NCBI GenBank assembly: GCA_040388745.1
Contig: JAZKBF010000010.1
Span: 56,339-120,338 of the forward strand
Direction: 5' to 3'
Origin: Bacteroidota bacterium
Lineage (GTDB): Bacteria; Bacteroidota; Bacteroidia; 2-12-FULL-35-15
DNA length: 64,000 nt
This document shows positions 19,044 to 27,589 of the stretch, piece by piece (position 1 is the stretch's first letter; every line of letters starts with the position of its first letter). A model generated the notes under the pieces. That model was not told the origin of the DNA. It ran no database searches and saw only the letters and a list, made by a program, of their open reading frames with translations. Both the position numbers and the translations under genes were made by a program.

Positions 19044-20027
19044 TTAATTGGAAGCCATTACCTTCATTTTTTCGATTATTTTATAGGCTACATCCAATGC
19101 TTTGTAGCCATCATCAATACTCACTAAAGGAGTGGTATTGCTGATTATTGAATCAGCAAACGCTTCAAGTTCCATCTTTATTGCGTTGGAAGGTAAAATT
19201 GTTGGACTTTCAAAATATATTTGCTTCGATCCTTTGTCATTTCCAAGTTCAATGGTTACTGCCAAAGGATCTTCCTCGCCTTTCTGCACATTGATTATTT
19301 TTATAATTTCCACTTTTTTATCCAGAAAATCAACCGAAACATAGGCATCTTTTTGAAAAAAGCGTGATTTTCGCATGTTTTTCATCGAAATTCTGCTTGC
19401 GGTCAAATTTGCAACACAGCCATTATCAAATTCGATACGGGCATTCGCAATATCCGGGCTATCACTCACTACAGCAACTCCGCTTGCGCTGATACGTTTG
19501 ATATTTGATTTTACAACACTTAAAATAATGTCGATATCATGGATCATTAGATCCAGAACCACCGAAACATCTGTACCACGGGGATTAAACTGAGCCAAAC
19601 GATGTGTTTCAATAAACATAGGATTGGAGCAATACTCTCTTGCAGCAATAAAAGCTGGATTAAAACGCTCCACATGTCCAACCTGCACCTTTACATTGGC
19701 TTCTTTTGAAAGACCGATAAGCGTTTTAGCTTCTTCAATGGTGTTGGTGATGGGTTTTTCAATAAAAACATGTTTCGATTTTTTGATCGATTTGGATGCA
19801 CATTCATAATGGGTAATAGTAGGAGTAACAATATCAATTGCATCTACCTGATCTATAAGGGCTCCAATAGAATCGAAACGTTTAATTCCGAATTCTTTTT
19901 CTACTAATTCGGCAGCAGCCGGATCGGCATCGTAAAAACCTATCAGATCAAATTTTTCAATTTCTTTTAAAAGCCGGATATGAATTTTACCTAAATGTCC
20001 TGCTCCAAGTAGCCCTATTTTTATCAT
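19044..20027 (-). CDS. Gfo/Idh/MocA family oxidoreductase
   Basis: MIKIGLLGAGHLG, EKP, GHVERFNP, DLMIHD. Start set at ATG 20027. Confidence 0.9.
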   Translation of the reverse strand: MIKIGLLGAGHLGKIHIRLLKEIEKFDLIGFYDADPAAAELVEKEFGIKRFDSIGALIDQVDAIDIVTPTITHYECASKSIKKSKHVFIEKPITNTIEEAKTLIGLSKEANVKVQVGHVERFNPAFIAAREYCSNPMFIETHRLAQFNPRGTDVSVVLDLMIHDIDIILSVVKSNIKRISASGVAVVSDSPDIANARIEFDNGCVANLTASRISMKNMRKSRFFQKDAYVSVDFLDKKVEIIKIINVQKGEEDPLAVTIELGNDKGSKQIYFESPTILPSNAIKMELEAFADSIISNTTPLVSIDDGYKALDVAYKIIEKMKVMASN

Positions 20028-20110
20028 AAATACATTGATTTTAAAACAAAAATAGTTTTTTCCACAATCCATTCTTGATAAAATTTGCTTACTTATGAGT
20101 ACTTAAATGT

Positions 20111-20118
20111 TAATTTTG
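20111..20118 (+). promoter_or_regulatory. -7 element (TAATTTTG) upstream of pcm
   Basis: TAnnTTTG immediately before the repeat hairpin in the pcm leader. Confidence 0.55.
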
Positions 20119-20126
20119 CAGAAAGA

Positions 20127-20332
20127 AAAAGATTTAGAGAATTATAGAAATAAGGAAATGGAGAATTAAGGAAATGGAGAATTAGAGATTTGGAGAGTTT
20201 TAAATTAGAGAATTTTAAATTCTAAATTCAAATAATTAATGCAACAATCCACCAAATCACCAAATCACTAATTCTCCATTTCCCTTATTTCTATAATTCT
20301 CCAACTCTCTAAATCAACAAATCTCCATTTCC
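20127..20332. repeat. Heptamer-repeat hairpin element (GAGAATT / AATTCTC units)
   Basis: Perfect 19-bp inverted repeat GAGAATTATAGAAATAAGG (20137-20155) / 20283-20301 within longer imperfect arms. Confidence 0.8.
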
Positions 20333-20340
20333 ACAAAAAA

Positions 20341-20991
20341 ATGTTAAACGACACATACAGGCACAAGGGATTACGCAAGCAATTAGCAAAGCTTTTAAAA
20401 GAAAAAGGGATAGAAAACACTGAGGTGTTAAAGGCTATTGAAACGGTGCCTCGTCATTTGTTTTTAAACAGTTCATTTATTGAGCGTGCGTATGAAGATA
20501 TAGCATTCCCTATTGGAGCAGGACAAACGATTTCCCGTCCTCATACTGTTGCTTTTCAAACAGAATTACTGGAGTTAAAACGAGGAGAAAAAGTGCTTGA
20601 AATTGGAACTGGTTCGGGATATCAAACCAGTATATTGCTGGAAATGGGAGCAAAAGTATTTACCATTGAGCGCCAAAAAGAGTTGTTTGATATAACCAAA
20701 ATTTTTTTGCCTTCAATAGGTTATACTACCAAGTTTTTTTATGGCGATGGATATAAAGGAATACCGGTATTTGCACCTTATGATAAAATAATTATTACTG
20801 CAGGAGCCCCAACTATCCCGGATGCTCTGTTAGGACAACTGAAAATCGGTGGTAGATTGGTAATACCGGTAGGAGATAAAGTTCAAATAATGACCTTGAT
20901 AGAAAAAATCGGGGCTAAGCAATTTGAAAAAACCGAATATGGAGAATTTAAATTCGTTCCTCTTTTGGAAGATAAGGCTTGGAAAGGATAA
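20341..20991 (+). CDS. pcm: Protein-L-isoaspartate O-methyltransferase
   Basis: VPRHLF, GQTISRP, VLEIGTGSGY, GDGYKG, GGRLVIPVG. Confidence 0.95.
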   Translation: MLNDTYRHKGLRKQLAKLLKEKGIENTEVLKAIETVPRHLFLNSSFIERAYEDIAFPIGAGQTISRPHTVAFQTELLELKRGEKVLEIGTGSGYQTSILLEMGAKVFTIERQKELFDITKIFLPSIGYTTKFFYGDGYKGIPVFAPYDKIIITAGAPTIPDALLGQLKIGGRLVIPVGDKVQIMTLIEKIGAKQFEKTEYGEFKFVPLLEDKAWKG

Positions 20992-21436
20992 TTTTAACCA
21001 TTTAAACGAATAACTACCTCAATAAAAAGCATTTTTGCCTTATTTTTATTGAATTTTGATTGCTTTTAGCGAATAATCCTTGAATTTGCCTCAATTATTA
21101 ACTGTTTTTACCAAAAATGGTAAAAATCACCTACCCTAAACGATTTGTTTAATTGACATCCGATTTTTCTCTTCAAATAACTATTCCGGATTGATATTGA
21201 GTCATTTATAAAGAAATCATCGTTAAAATAAGGATTACTTATAATGAATTGATAATAATTTCTGAAAAATCATATATAAATTTGCATCGCGAAATTGAGT
21301 TAATATGAATTTTATAGTTCGTTTGCTCGCACCTTTATAAATTTGTAAAACATGAGGAATTATAATTACCCCGATTGTTGACAAGAAGGTGTTGATAACA
21401 ATTGAAATGCGAATAAATGTAAACAAAGGATGTATA

Positions 21437-21444
21437 TATATTTG
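21437..21444 (+). promoter_or_regulatory. -7 element (TATATTTG)
   Basis: TAnnTTTG about 55 nt upstream of the OMP gene. Confidence 0.55.
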
Positions 21445-21499
21445 CTGCGTAAATTTTGAATTTAACTAAATTAACAATTAATTTAAACAACGAAAAATT

Positions 21500-22426
21500 A
21501 TGAAAAAAAAAGTATTTCTATTTACTTTAGCTCTTGGTGTATCAAGTGCTTTTGCACAAGACCTTACTTCTAAAAAAGGCGAACCAATGTTACCTGAAAC
21601 TGATGATTGGGCTATCAGTATGAGTGCCGATCCTATTTTTAATTTTGTTGGTAATGCATTTAATGGTAGTGTTGCTAATGGCGCACCTGGTGTAAACTGG
21701 TTAAACGGTAACCAAACAATTATCGGTAAAAAGTTTATTGATGAAAAAAATGCTTACAGAGCTTTAGTTCGTCTTGGCTTTACATCTCAAGGGTACAAAA
21801 ATTTTGTAAATGATGATGGAATTGTTACTGCACCAACATTCCCTGCTCCATTTCCACAAAAAGAAGACAAAATATCTATAAAAAATACTGTAATTGGTAT
21901 TGGTGTAGGTAAAGAAATGAGAAGAGGTAAAACACGTTTACAAGGATATTATGGTGCTGATGCAATGCTTTGGATTGCAATGTCATCTGAAAAATATACC
22001 TATGGTAATGTTATGACAGGCGTTGCAGCACCAGGTGTTACACCAACTCCTACTTCTACTACTTGGAGTACGACAACAGGAGCTATCTTAGCTGAAGGTC
22101 CATTAGGAAGCCGTACTCTTTCTAACAAGTCTGGAATGACTTTAGGAATTGGAGTTCGTGGTTTTGTTGGAGCTGAGTATTTCATTTTCCCGAAAATAGC
22201 AATTGGTGCTGAATACGGTTGGGGTATTGGTTTCCAAACTGCTGGTAAAGGAACAAATGTTGTTGAAACAACAGGTGGAACAACTCCAGTTGTAGGTGAA
22301 GTAGAAACTGAAGTAGCAGGTTCTTCTAAATTTGGATTTGATACAGATTTAAACCAAGGAACTATTTTTGGTTTCAATGGTTCAAATACTGGTACAGCTT
22401 CTTTAAGAGCAACTTTCCATTTCTAA
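21500..22426 (+). CDS. Outer membrane beta-barrel protein of unknown function
   Basis: Signal peptide; amphipathic strands (GFVGAEYFIFPKIAIGAEYGWG); C-terminal TFHF. Confidence 0.8.
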   Translation: MKKKVFLFTLALGVSSAFAQDLTSKKGEPMLPETDDWAISMSADPIFNFVGNAFNGSVANGAPGVNWLNGNQTIIGKKFIDEKNAYRALVRLGFTSQGYKNFVNDDGIVTAPTFPAPFPQKEDKISIKNTVIGIGVGKEMRRGKTRLQGYYGADAMLWIAMSSEKYTYGNVMTGVAAPGVTPTPTSTTWSTTTGAILAEGPLGSRTLSNKSGMTLGIGVRGFVGAEYFIFPKIAIGAEYGWGIGFQTAGKGTNVVETTGGTTPVVGEVETEVAGSSKFGFDTDLNQGTIFGFNGSNTGTASLRATFHF

Positions 22427-22441
22427 AAATAATTAAATTAT

Positions 22442-22480
22442 AAAAAAATCCCCTGCTTATTTTAAGCAGGGGATTTTTTT
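22442..22480. terminator. Bidirectional intrinsic terminator
   Basis: AAAAAAATCCCCTGCTTA-TTT-TAAGCAGGGGATTTTTTT between convergent genes. Confidence 0.9.
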
Positions 22481-22546
22481 ATTCCAATTGGTTTAAAACT
22501 CTTTTAATTCTTCTAATAAATGTGATTCACAATTGGAGAGATCTTT

Positions 22547-23083
22547 TTATTGCAGTTGCCCAATCAGTTCATTTAATTCCTCTTCGGATAGATCCCGCCA
22601 TTCTCCGCTTTTTAATTTCCCCAATTTGATATTCATTATCCGTACCCGTTCTAATTTTATTACCTGGTATTTGAATACATTACACATTCTGCGTATTTGT
22701 CGGTTTAAGCCTTGTTTTAATACAATTCTGAATATACGTCTGGCATTAGGTTCTGCTTTTATTTTGCATGGCTTGGTAACAGCATCTCCAATGTTAACAC
22801 CTTCAGCAATATTTTTTAAAAACTGATTTCTGATGGGGAGATTAAGTGTTACTACATATTCTTTTTCGTGTTCAAAATCGGGATGGATGATTTTGTTTAT
22901 AATACTGCTATCATTGGTAAGCAAGATCAATCCTTCCGAATCCTTATCTAATCTGCCAATAGGAATAATTTTTTCGGGATGTTTGATGGCATCAATAATA
23001 TTTCCTTCAATTTTTTCGGTGGTACAAACAATGCCAACAGGCTTATTGTAGGCGATGTAAATGAATTTGTTTTGCTGTGGCAT
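22547..23083 (-). CDS. RsuA/RluF-family pseudouridine synthase (no S4 domain)
   Basis: YNKPVG, GRLDKDSEGL catalytic Asp motif, QGLNRQIRRM. Confidence 0.9.
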   Translation of the reverse strand: MPQQNKFIYIAYNKPVGIVCTTEKIEGNIIDAIKHPEKIIPIGRLDKDSEGLILLTNDSSIINKIIHPDFEHEKEYVVTLNLPIRNQFLKNIAEGVNIGDAVTKPCKIKAEPNARRIFRIVLKQGLNRQIRRMCNVFKYQVIKLERVRIMNIKLGKLKSGEWRDLSEEELNELIGQLQ

Positions 23084-23107
23084 GATCTTAATTTTTACAA
23101 TTTAATA

Positions 23108-23183
23108 CTACGAATTACGAATTGTATCGAATTACGAATATAGTTGTAATCATTCGTAATTCGCCTTTATTCGTAACTCGTAG
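23108..23183. repeat. Heptamer-repeat hairpin element (TACGAAT / ATTCGTA units)
   Basis: CTACGAATTACGAATTGTATCGAATTACGAAT ... ATTCGTAATTCGCCTTTATTCGTAACTCGTAG. Confidence 0.75.
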
Positions 23184-23226
23184 GAGTTTTTAAATTTTAG
23201 TAATGATTCTAATTGAATTATTTTTA

Positions 23227-23234
23227 TACATTTG
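23227..23234 (+). promoter_or_regulatory. -7 element (TACATTTG) of the btu operon
   Basis: TAnnTTTG directly upstream of the cobalamin riboswitch. Confidence 0.65.
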
Positions 23235-23240
23235 TCCCGC

Positions 23241-23405
23241 AATTGGTTTCTTCATTTTGAGGAATTAAAAGGGAATCAGGTAAAATCCTGAACATTTCCC
23301 GATGCTGTAAGTTCATTTTTAGTTTTTAATTTCATTTGCCACTATCTTGATTCTAAAGGATGGGAAGGCGTTAAAAACAGAACAAGTCAGAAGACCTGCC
23401 ATTTG
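23241..23405 (+). ncRNA. Cobalamin riboswitch
   Basis: Conserved blocks AAAAGGGAATCAGGT.AAATCCTGAAC, CCCGATGCTGTAAG, GCCACT, GGGAAGGC, AAGTCAGAAGACCTGCC, upstream of a TonB-dependent receptor. Confidence 0.93.
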
Positions 23406-23525
23406 CATTACCATTTGTAGCTTTCGGAGAAAAGGCGAAGAATAGATAAATAGTTTAGCATTTTTCTATCCATTCAATTTTACCGTTTGTTGTCAATGAT
23501 TTTAGCTCACGCTTAATCGTTTGTA

Positions 23526-25405
23526 ATGAATTTGTTTAAAATCTATTTAGTTGTTTGTTGTTGCTTGCTTGCCTTTTCGGGTTTTGCTCAAAGCCGTATG
23601 GATACTGTAAAACAGTTGTCTGTTGTTGAAGTATCCTCTTCCCGATTGTCAACTTTTTCTTCCGGAAACAAATCTGAAACAATTGATAGCGCCCTTCTTG
23701 ATCAATATTCTACAGGTAATTTAGCCGATATGCTCGCTAATGAAAGCCAGGTTTTTGTTAAATCATACGGTTTAGGAAGTCTGGCATCAACATCTTTTAG
23801 AGGTTCAGGAGCAAGCCATACCGCAGTTTTATGGAACGGATTTAATTTACAAAGCCCGATGCTGGGACAATTGGATATTTCTCTGATACCAACTAACTTT
23901 TTGAACGATGTTAAGTTACAGTATGGAGCAGCAGGGGCCTTATGGGGTAGTGGCGCTGTTGGAGGCACTATTCATTTGAACAATACGAGCCAATTTGATA
24001 AAGGAATTTCGGCTTCCGGAACTATTGCTTTTGGTAGCTTTTCGGATAAACAACAACAGGCAAGTTTTGAAATAAGCAAAAAACGATTTGTCACTTCCTT
24101 TAAAGTGTTTAATCACGAAGCAAAAAATGATTTTCCATTTATTAATACTGCTCAATATGGCAAACCTGAACAAAAACAATCGAATGCGGAATTAAAACAA
24201 AAAGGCTTACTTCAGGAAAATTATTTTCAGCTAAATTCAAATCAAAAAATAAATACCCGTTTTTGGTATCAATTCAGCGACAGGAACATTCCACCTTCAA
24301 TGACTCAAAATAGGAATATATCTAATCAAAAAGATGAATCGTACAGAGCAACTACCGAATGGCAACGTACGGGAGAGAAGTTAACATTGTTAGCCCGATT
24401 CGCTTATTTTGATGAAGGATTGAAATTTAAAGATTCTATGATCAATGAAGATTCAAAGAGCCGGACAAAAAATGCAATTTCAGAAGTTGAGAGTCGATTT
24501 AGTATTACAAAATTTGATCTGGTAAATATTGGAATTAACAATACCTATAGCGAGGCAAGTACCCCCGATTATGTAAAAAATCGTTTTGAAAATAGAACAG
24601 CATTGTTTGGAAGTTATAAGATACATTCTGCAAAAAATAATTGGAATGCTGTGATCAGTGCACGTCAGGAGTTTATTAAAAATAAAGAAATTCCTTTTAC
24701 TTCATCCCTTGGTTTTGAAGGGAAATTATTTAAATTTTTTATATTAAAAGGAAATGTTTCAAAACATTATCGTTTACCAACATTTAATGATCTGTATTGG
24801 GCGGGGCAGGGTGCAAAAGGAAATCCAAATTTAAAACCGGAAAGTGGATGGGCTGAAGAGTTAAGTTTAATTCATAGATCCATTTATAAACAAATTGGTT
24901 ACCGGATCAATATAATATTTGGACACCTGCCAATGTGTTGCAGGTATGGTCTCGTGGGCTTGAATATAAGGTAAACGTGAATTATGCAGTAAGGAAATTT
25001 AAAGTACAATTATCCGGAATGTACAATTATGTTTTATCAACTAATGAAAGATCGACAACAACAAACGATGCAGCATTGGGTCAACAATTGATCTATGTCC
25101 CGATACAAAACGGACAATTTAATTTTTCTCTCTTTTTTAAGGCTACTTCTATCAGCTATACTCAGGTGTATACGGGATATCGGTATACAACATCTGATAA
25201 TACGTCCTATTTAAAGCCCTATTCTGTTGGGAATTTAAATATTGCACAAACCCTTGGATGGAATACATTAAAAATAAAAGTGTATGCGCAATTAAATAAT
25301 ATATGGCAGGAAACATACCAGGTTGTTGCATATAGAGCAATGCCTTTATTTAATTGCCAGTTTGGAGTAACAGTTTATTTTAATCAACAAAAAAAAGATA
25401 GTTAG
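23526..25405 (+). pseudogene. btuB: BtuB-like TonB-dependent cobalamin receptor split by a frameshift near 24895
   Basis: Plug and barrel in ORF 23526-24974. The homologous continuation (WLPDQYNIWTPANVLQVWSRGLE) is in the frame of ORF 24935-25405. Confidence 0.75.
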
Positions 25406-25470
25406 TAATGAACAAGAAACAAGAATCAAGAAACATCAAAAACTAAAAATTAAAACTAAAAAACAAAAAA

Positions 25471-26553
25471 ATGAAAACAAAAACATTATTTAATTTAAGC
25501 GCATTGGCTTTAGCGATCACATTTACAAGCTGTAAAAAAGATGACCCGGAAACTCCTGCACCAACACCTGTTGGAGTAACGTATGATAACGGTGTATTTG
25601 TTAGTAATGAAGGTCCTTATGGAAGCGGAACCGGTACAATAAGTTTTTATAGCAGAAGTACTTCTGGTGTAACTAATGATATTTTTGAGACAAAAAATAG
25701 TTATCCAATAGGAAATGTTGTTCAATCGATGGAAATTTTTAATGGAAAAGGATATATTATAGTGAACAATGCAGGTAAAGTAGAAATAGTTGATGGCAGC
25801 ACATTTGCAAGTAATGGTGTGATCAGCGGATTAACAAGTCCCCGTTATTTTTTAGGAATAGATAACAGCAAAGGGTATATTTCAGAATGGGGAACCGGTG
25901 GTGTTAATGGCGCAATAAAAGTAGTTGATCTAAACACTAAAACTGTCACAGCAACTATTAATACTGGAAAAGGTGCCGAAGGAATGGTAAAGGTTGGTAA
26001 CAATGTATACGTAACCTGCAGTGGTGGATATGATAACGACAGCGTTGTTACCGTTATTGATGCTACCACAAATGCGGTTGTAACCAATATAACTGTTGGC
26101 GCAAATCCGAAGAACATTAAAGTAGATGCCAATGGAAAAATATGGGTATTATGCAGTGGGCAATATGCTCCTTATCCGGCTACAAATCTTGTAAAAACAG
26201 GTAAATTAGTACGTATTGATGCATCAACAAATACTGTTGATCTTACATTGCCATTTGCATCAGCATACTCACAACCTTTAAATCTTGTTATTAATAATGC
26301 AAAAACCACTTTGTATTATTCGTATGACGGTAAAGTATATTCGCACCTTTCCACTGCTACAGCATTAAATGCAACGGCTACCATCAACAGAAATTTTTAT
26401 GGCTTAGGAATTGATCCTACTAATGATTATTTCTATGCTTCTGATGCCGGAAATTTTTCAAGTAATGGAAAAGTGATACGTTATAATACAACAGGAGTTG
26501 CCGTTGATAGCTTTACTGTAGGAATAATTCCGGGTAATTTCTGTTTCAAATAA
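25471..26553 (+). CDS. BtuG-like / YncE-family beta-propeller surface lipoprotein
   Basis: Lipobox FTSC followed by acidic KKDD export signal; SNEG...GTISFY, SPRY repeats; follows btuB under a B12 riboswitch. Confidence 0.8.
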   Translation: MKTKTLFNLSALALAITFTSCKKDDPETPAPTPVGVTYDNGVFVSNEGPYGSGTGTISFYSRSTSGVTNDIFETKNSYPIGNVVQSMEIFNGKGYIIVNNAGKVEIVDGSTFASNGVISGLTSPRYFLGIDNSKGYISEWGTGGVNGAIKVVDLNTKTVTATINTGKGAEGMVKVGNNVYVTCSGGYDNDSVVTVIDATTNAVVTNITVGANPKNIKVDANGKIWVLCSGQYAPYPATNLVKTGKLVRIDASTNTVDLTLPFASAYSQPLNLVINNAKTTLYYSYDGKVYSHLSTATALNATATINRNFYGLGIDPTNDYFYASDAGNFSSNGKVIRYNTTGVAVDSFTVGIIPGNFCFK

Positions 26554-26626
26554 CAGAAATTATATAAGTTAAAATACATTATAATGTTTACAACGAAATT
26601 TTTGGTTAAAATGCTTACCCACAATT

Positions 26627-26680
26627 TTCTCGACAAGCTCGAAATGACCATGCGCATGGTCATTTCGAGCTTGTCGAGAA
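26627..26680. repeat. Perfect 54-bp palindrome (REP-like)
   Basis: TTCTCGACAAGCTCGAAATGACCATGC followed directly by its exact reverse complement. Confidence 0.9.
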
Positions 26681-26769
26681 TTGCGGCAGATTACCTTAAC
26701 GGTTTAACCTATATAAAGTCTAATGATTATACTCCTTTCTATGTGGTTAAATAAATTGTTGTGCTAGTA

Positions 26770-27480
26770 ATGAAACCAAAAGTTATCTTTTGCTGGAGTG
26801 GAGGTAAAGATTCTGCTTTGGCTTTACATAAGGTATTGCAAGAAAATAAATACGAAGTTGTGGCTTTGCTTACCACTTTGAATGCTCAATTTAAAAGAGT
26901 TTCGATGCATGGGGTTCGCGAAGAGTTGTTGGATAAACAAGCCGCTTCGATAGGCTTACCTTTGATAAAAATGTTTGTAAGCGAAGGTACCAATACTGAG
27001 TATGAACAAAATATGGAAACCTTACTTTTGAAATATAAATCAGAAGGAGTAAGTAAAGTCATTTTCGGTGATATTTTTCTTGAAGATCTAAGGGCATATC
27101 GCGAAAATAATTTATCAAAAATTGGATTGACCGCTGAATTTCCTTTGTGGAAAAGAGATACAGGAGGATTGATCCATGAATTTTTTGCAGAAGATTTTAG
27201 AACTATTACCTGTTGCGTAAATGATGCGTATTTGGGTAAACATAGAGTGGGAGAGGAGATCACAAAAGAATTTATAAAAACACTTCAAAATAATATAGAT
27301 CCTTGCGGTGAAAATGGCGAATACCACAGCTTTTGCTTTGATGGTCCCATTTTTAAAATTCCAATAAAATTTAAAGTTGGAGAAAAAATATTCAAACCCT
27401 TGGAAATTAATACATCAGATTCTCTTCTAGATAGACCACTCACTAAAGGTTTTTGGTTTTGTGATCTGTTACCTGTATAA
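26770..27480 (+). CDS. Diphthine-ammonia ligase-like (Dph6/MJ0570) PP-loop ATPase
   Basis: WSGGKDS PP-loop, FGDIFLEDLRAYRE, DPCGENGEYHSF. Confidence 0.88.
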   Translation: MKPKVIFCWSGGKDSALALHKVLQENKYEVVALLTTLNAQFKRVSMHGVREELLDKQAASIGLPLIKMFVSEGTNTEYEQNMETLLLKYKSEGVSKVIFGDIFLEDLRAYRENNLSKIGLTAEFPLWKRDTGGLIHEFFAEDFRTITCCVNDAYLGKHRVGEEITKEFIKTLQNNIDPCGENGEYHSFCFDGPIFKIPIKFKVGEKIFKPLEINTSDSLLDRPLTKGFWFCDLLPV

Positions 27481-27589
27481 CAATTGCCTGATTTAGGCCC
27501 CAGATCGTTTTCCCTGATCAATTATTTTCTACAATCAGATAGATAAATGATTTTTGTATTTGATAAAAATATAAATGTAATTTAGGCTA

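Noticed and set aside
21235-21426. 63-aa minus-strand ORF in the pcm-OMP spacer
   Set aside because: AT-rich promoter region with TAnnTTTG motifs on the opposite strand and no protein-like features.
22547-23083. Pseudouridine synthase lacking S4 as a truncation
   Set aside because: The catalytic motif is intact, and S4-less members of this family are known.
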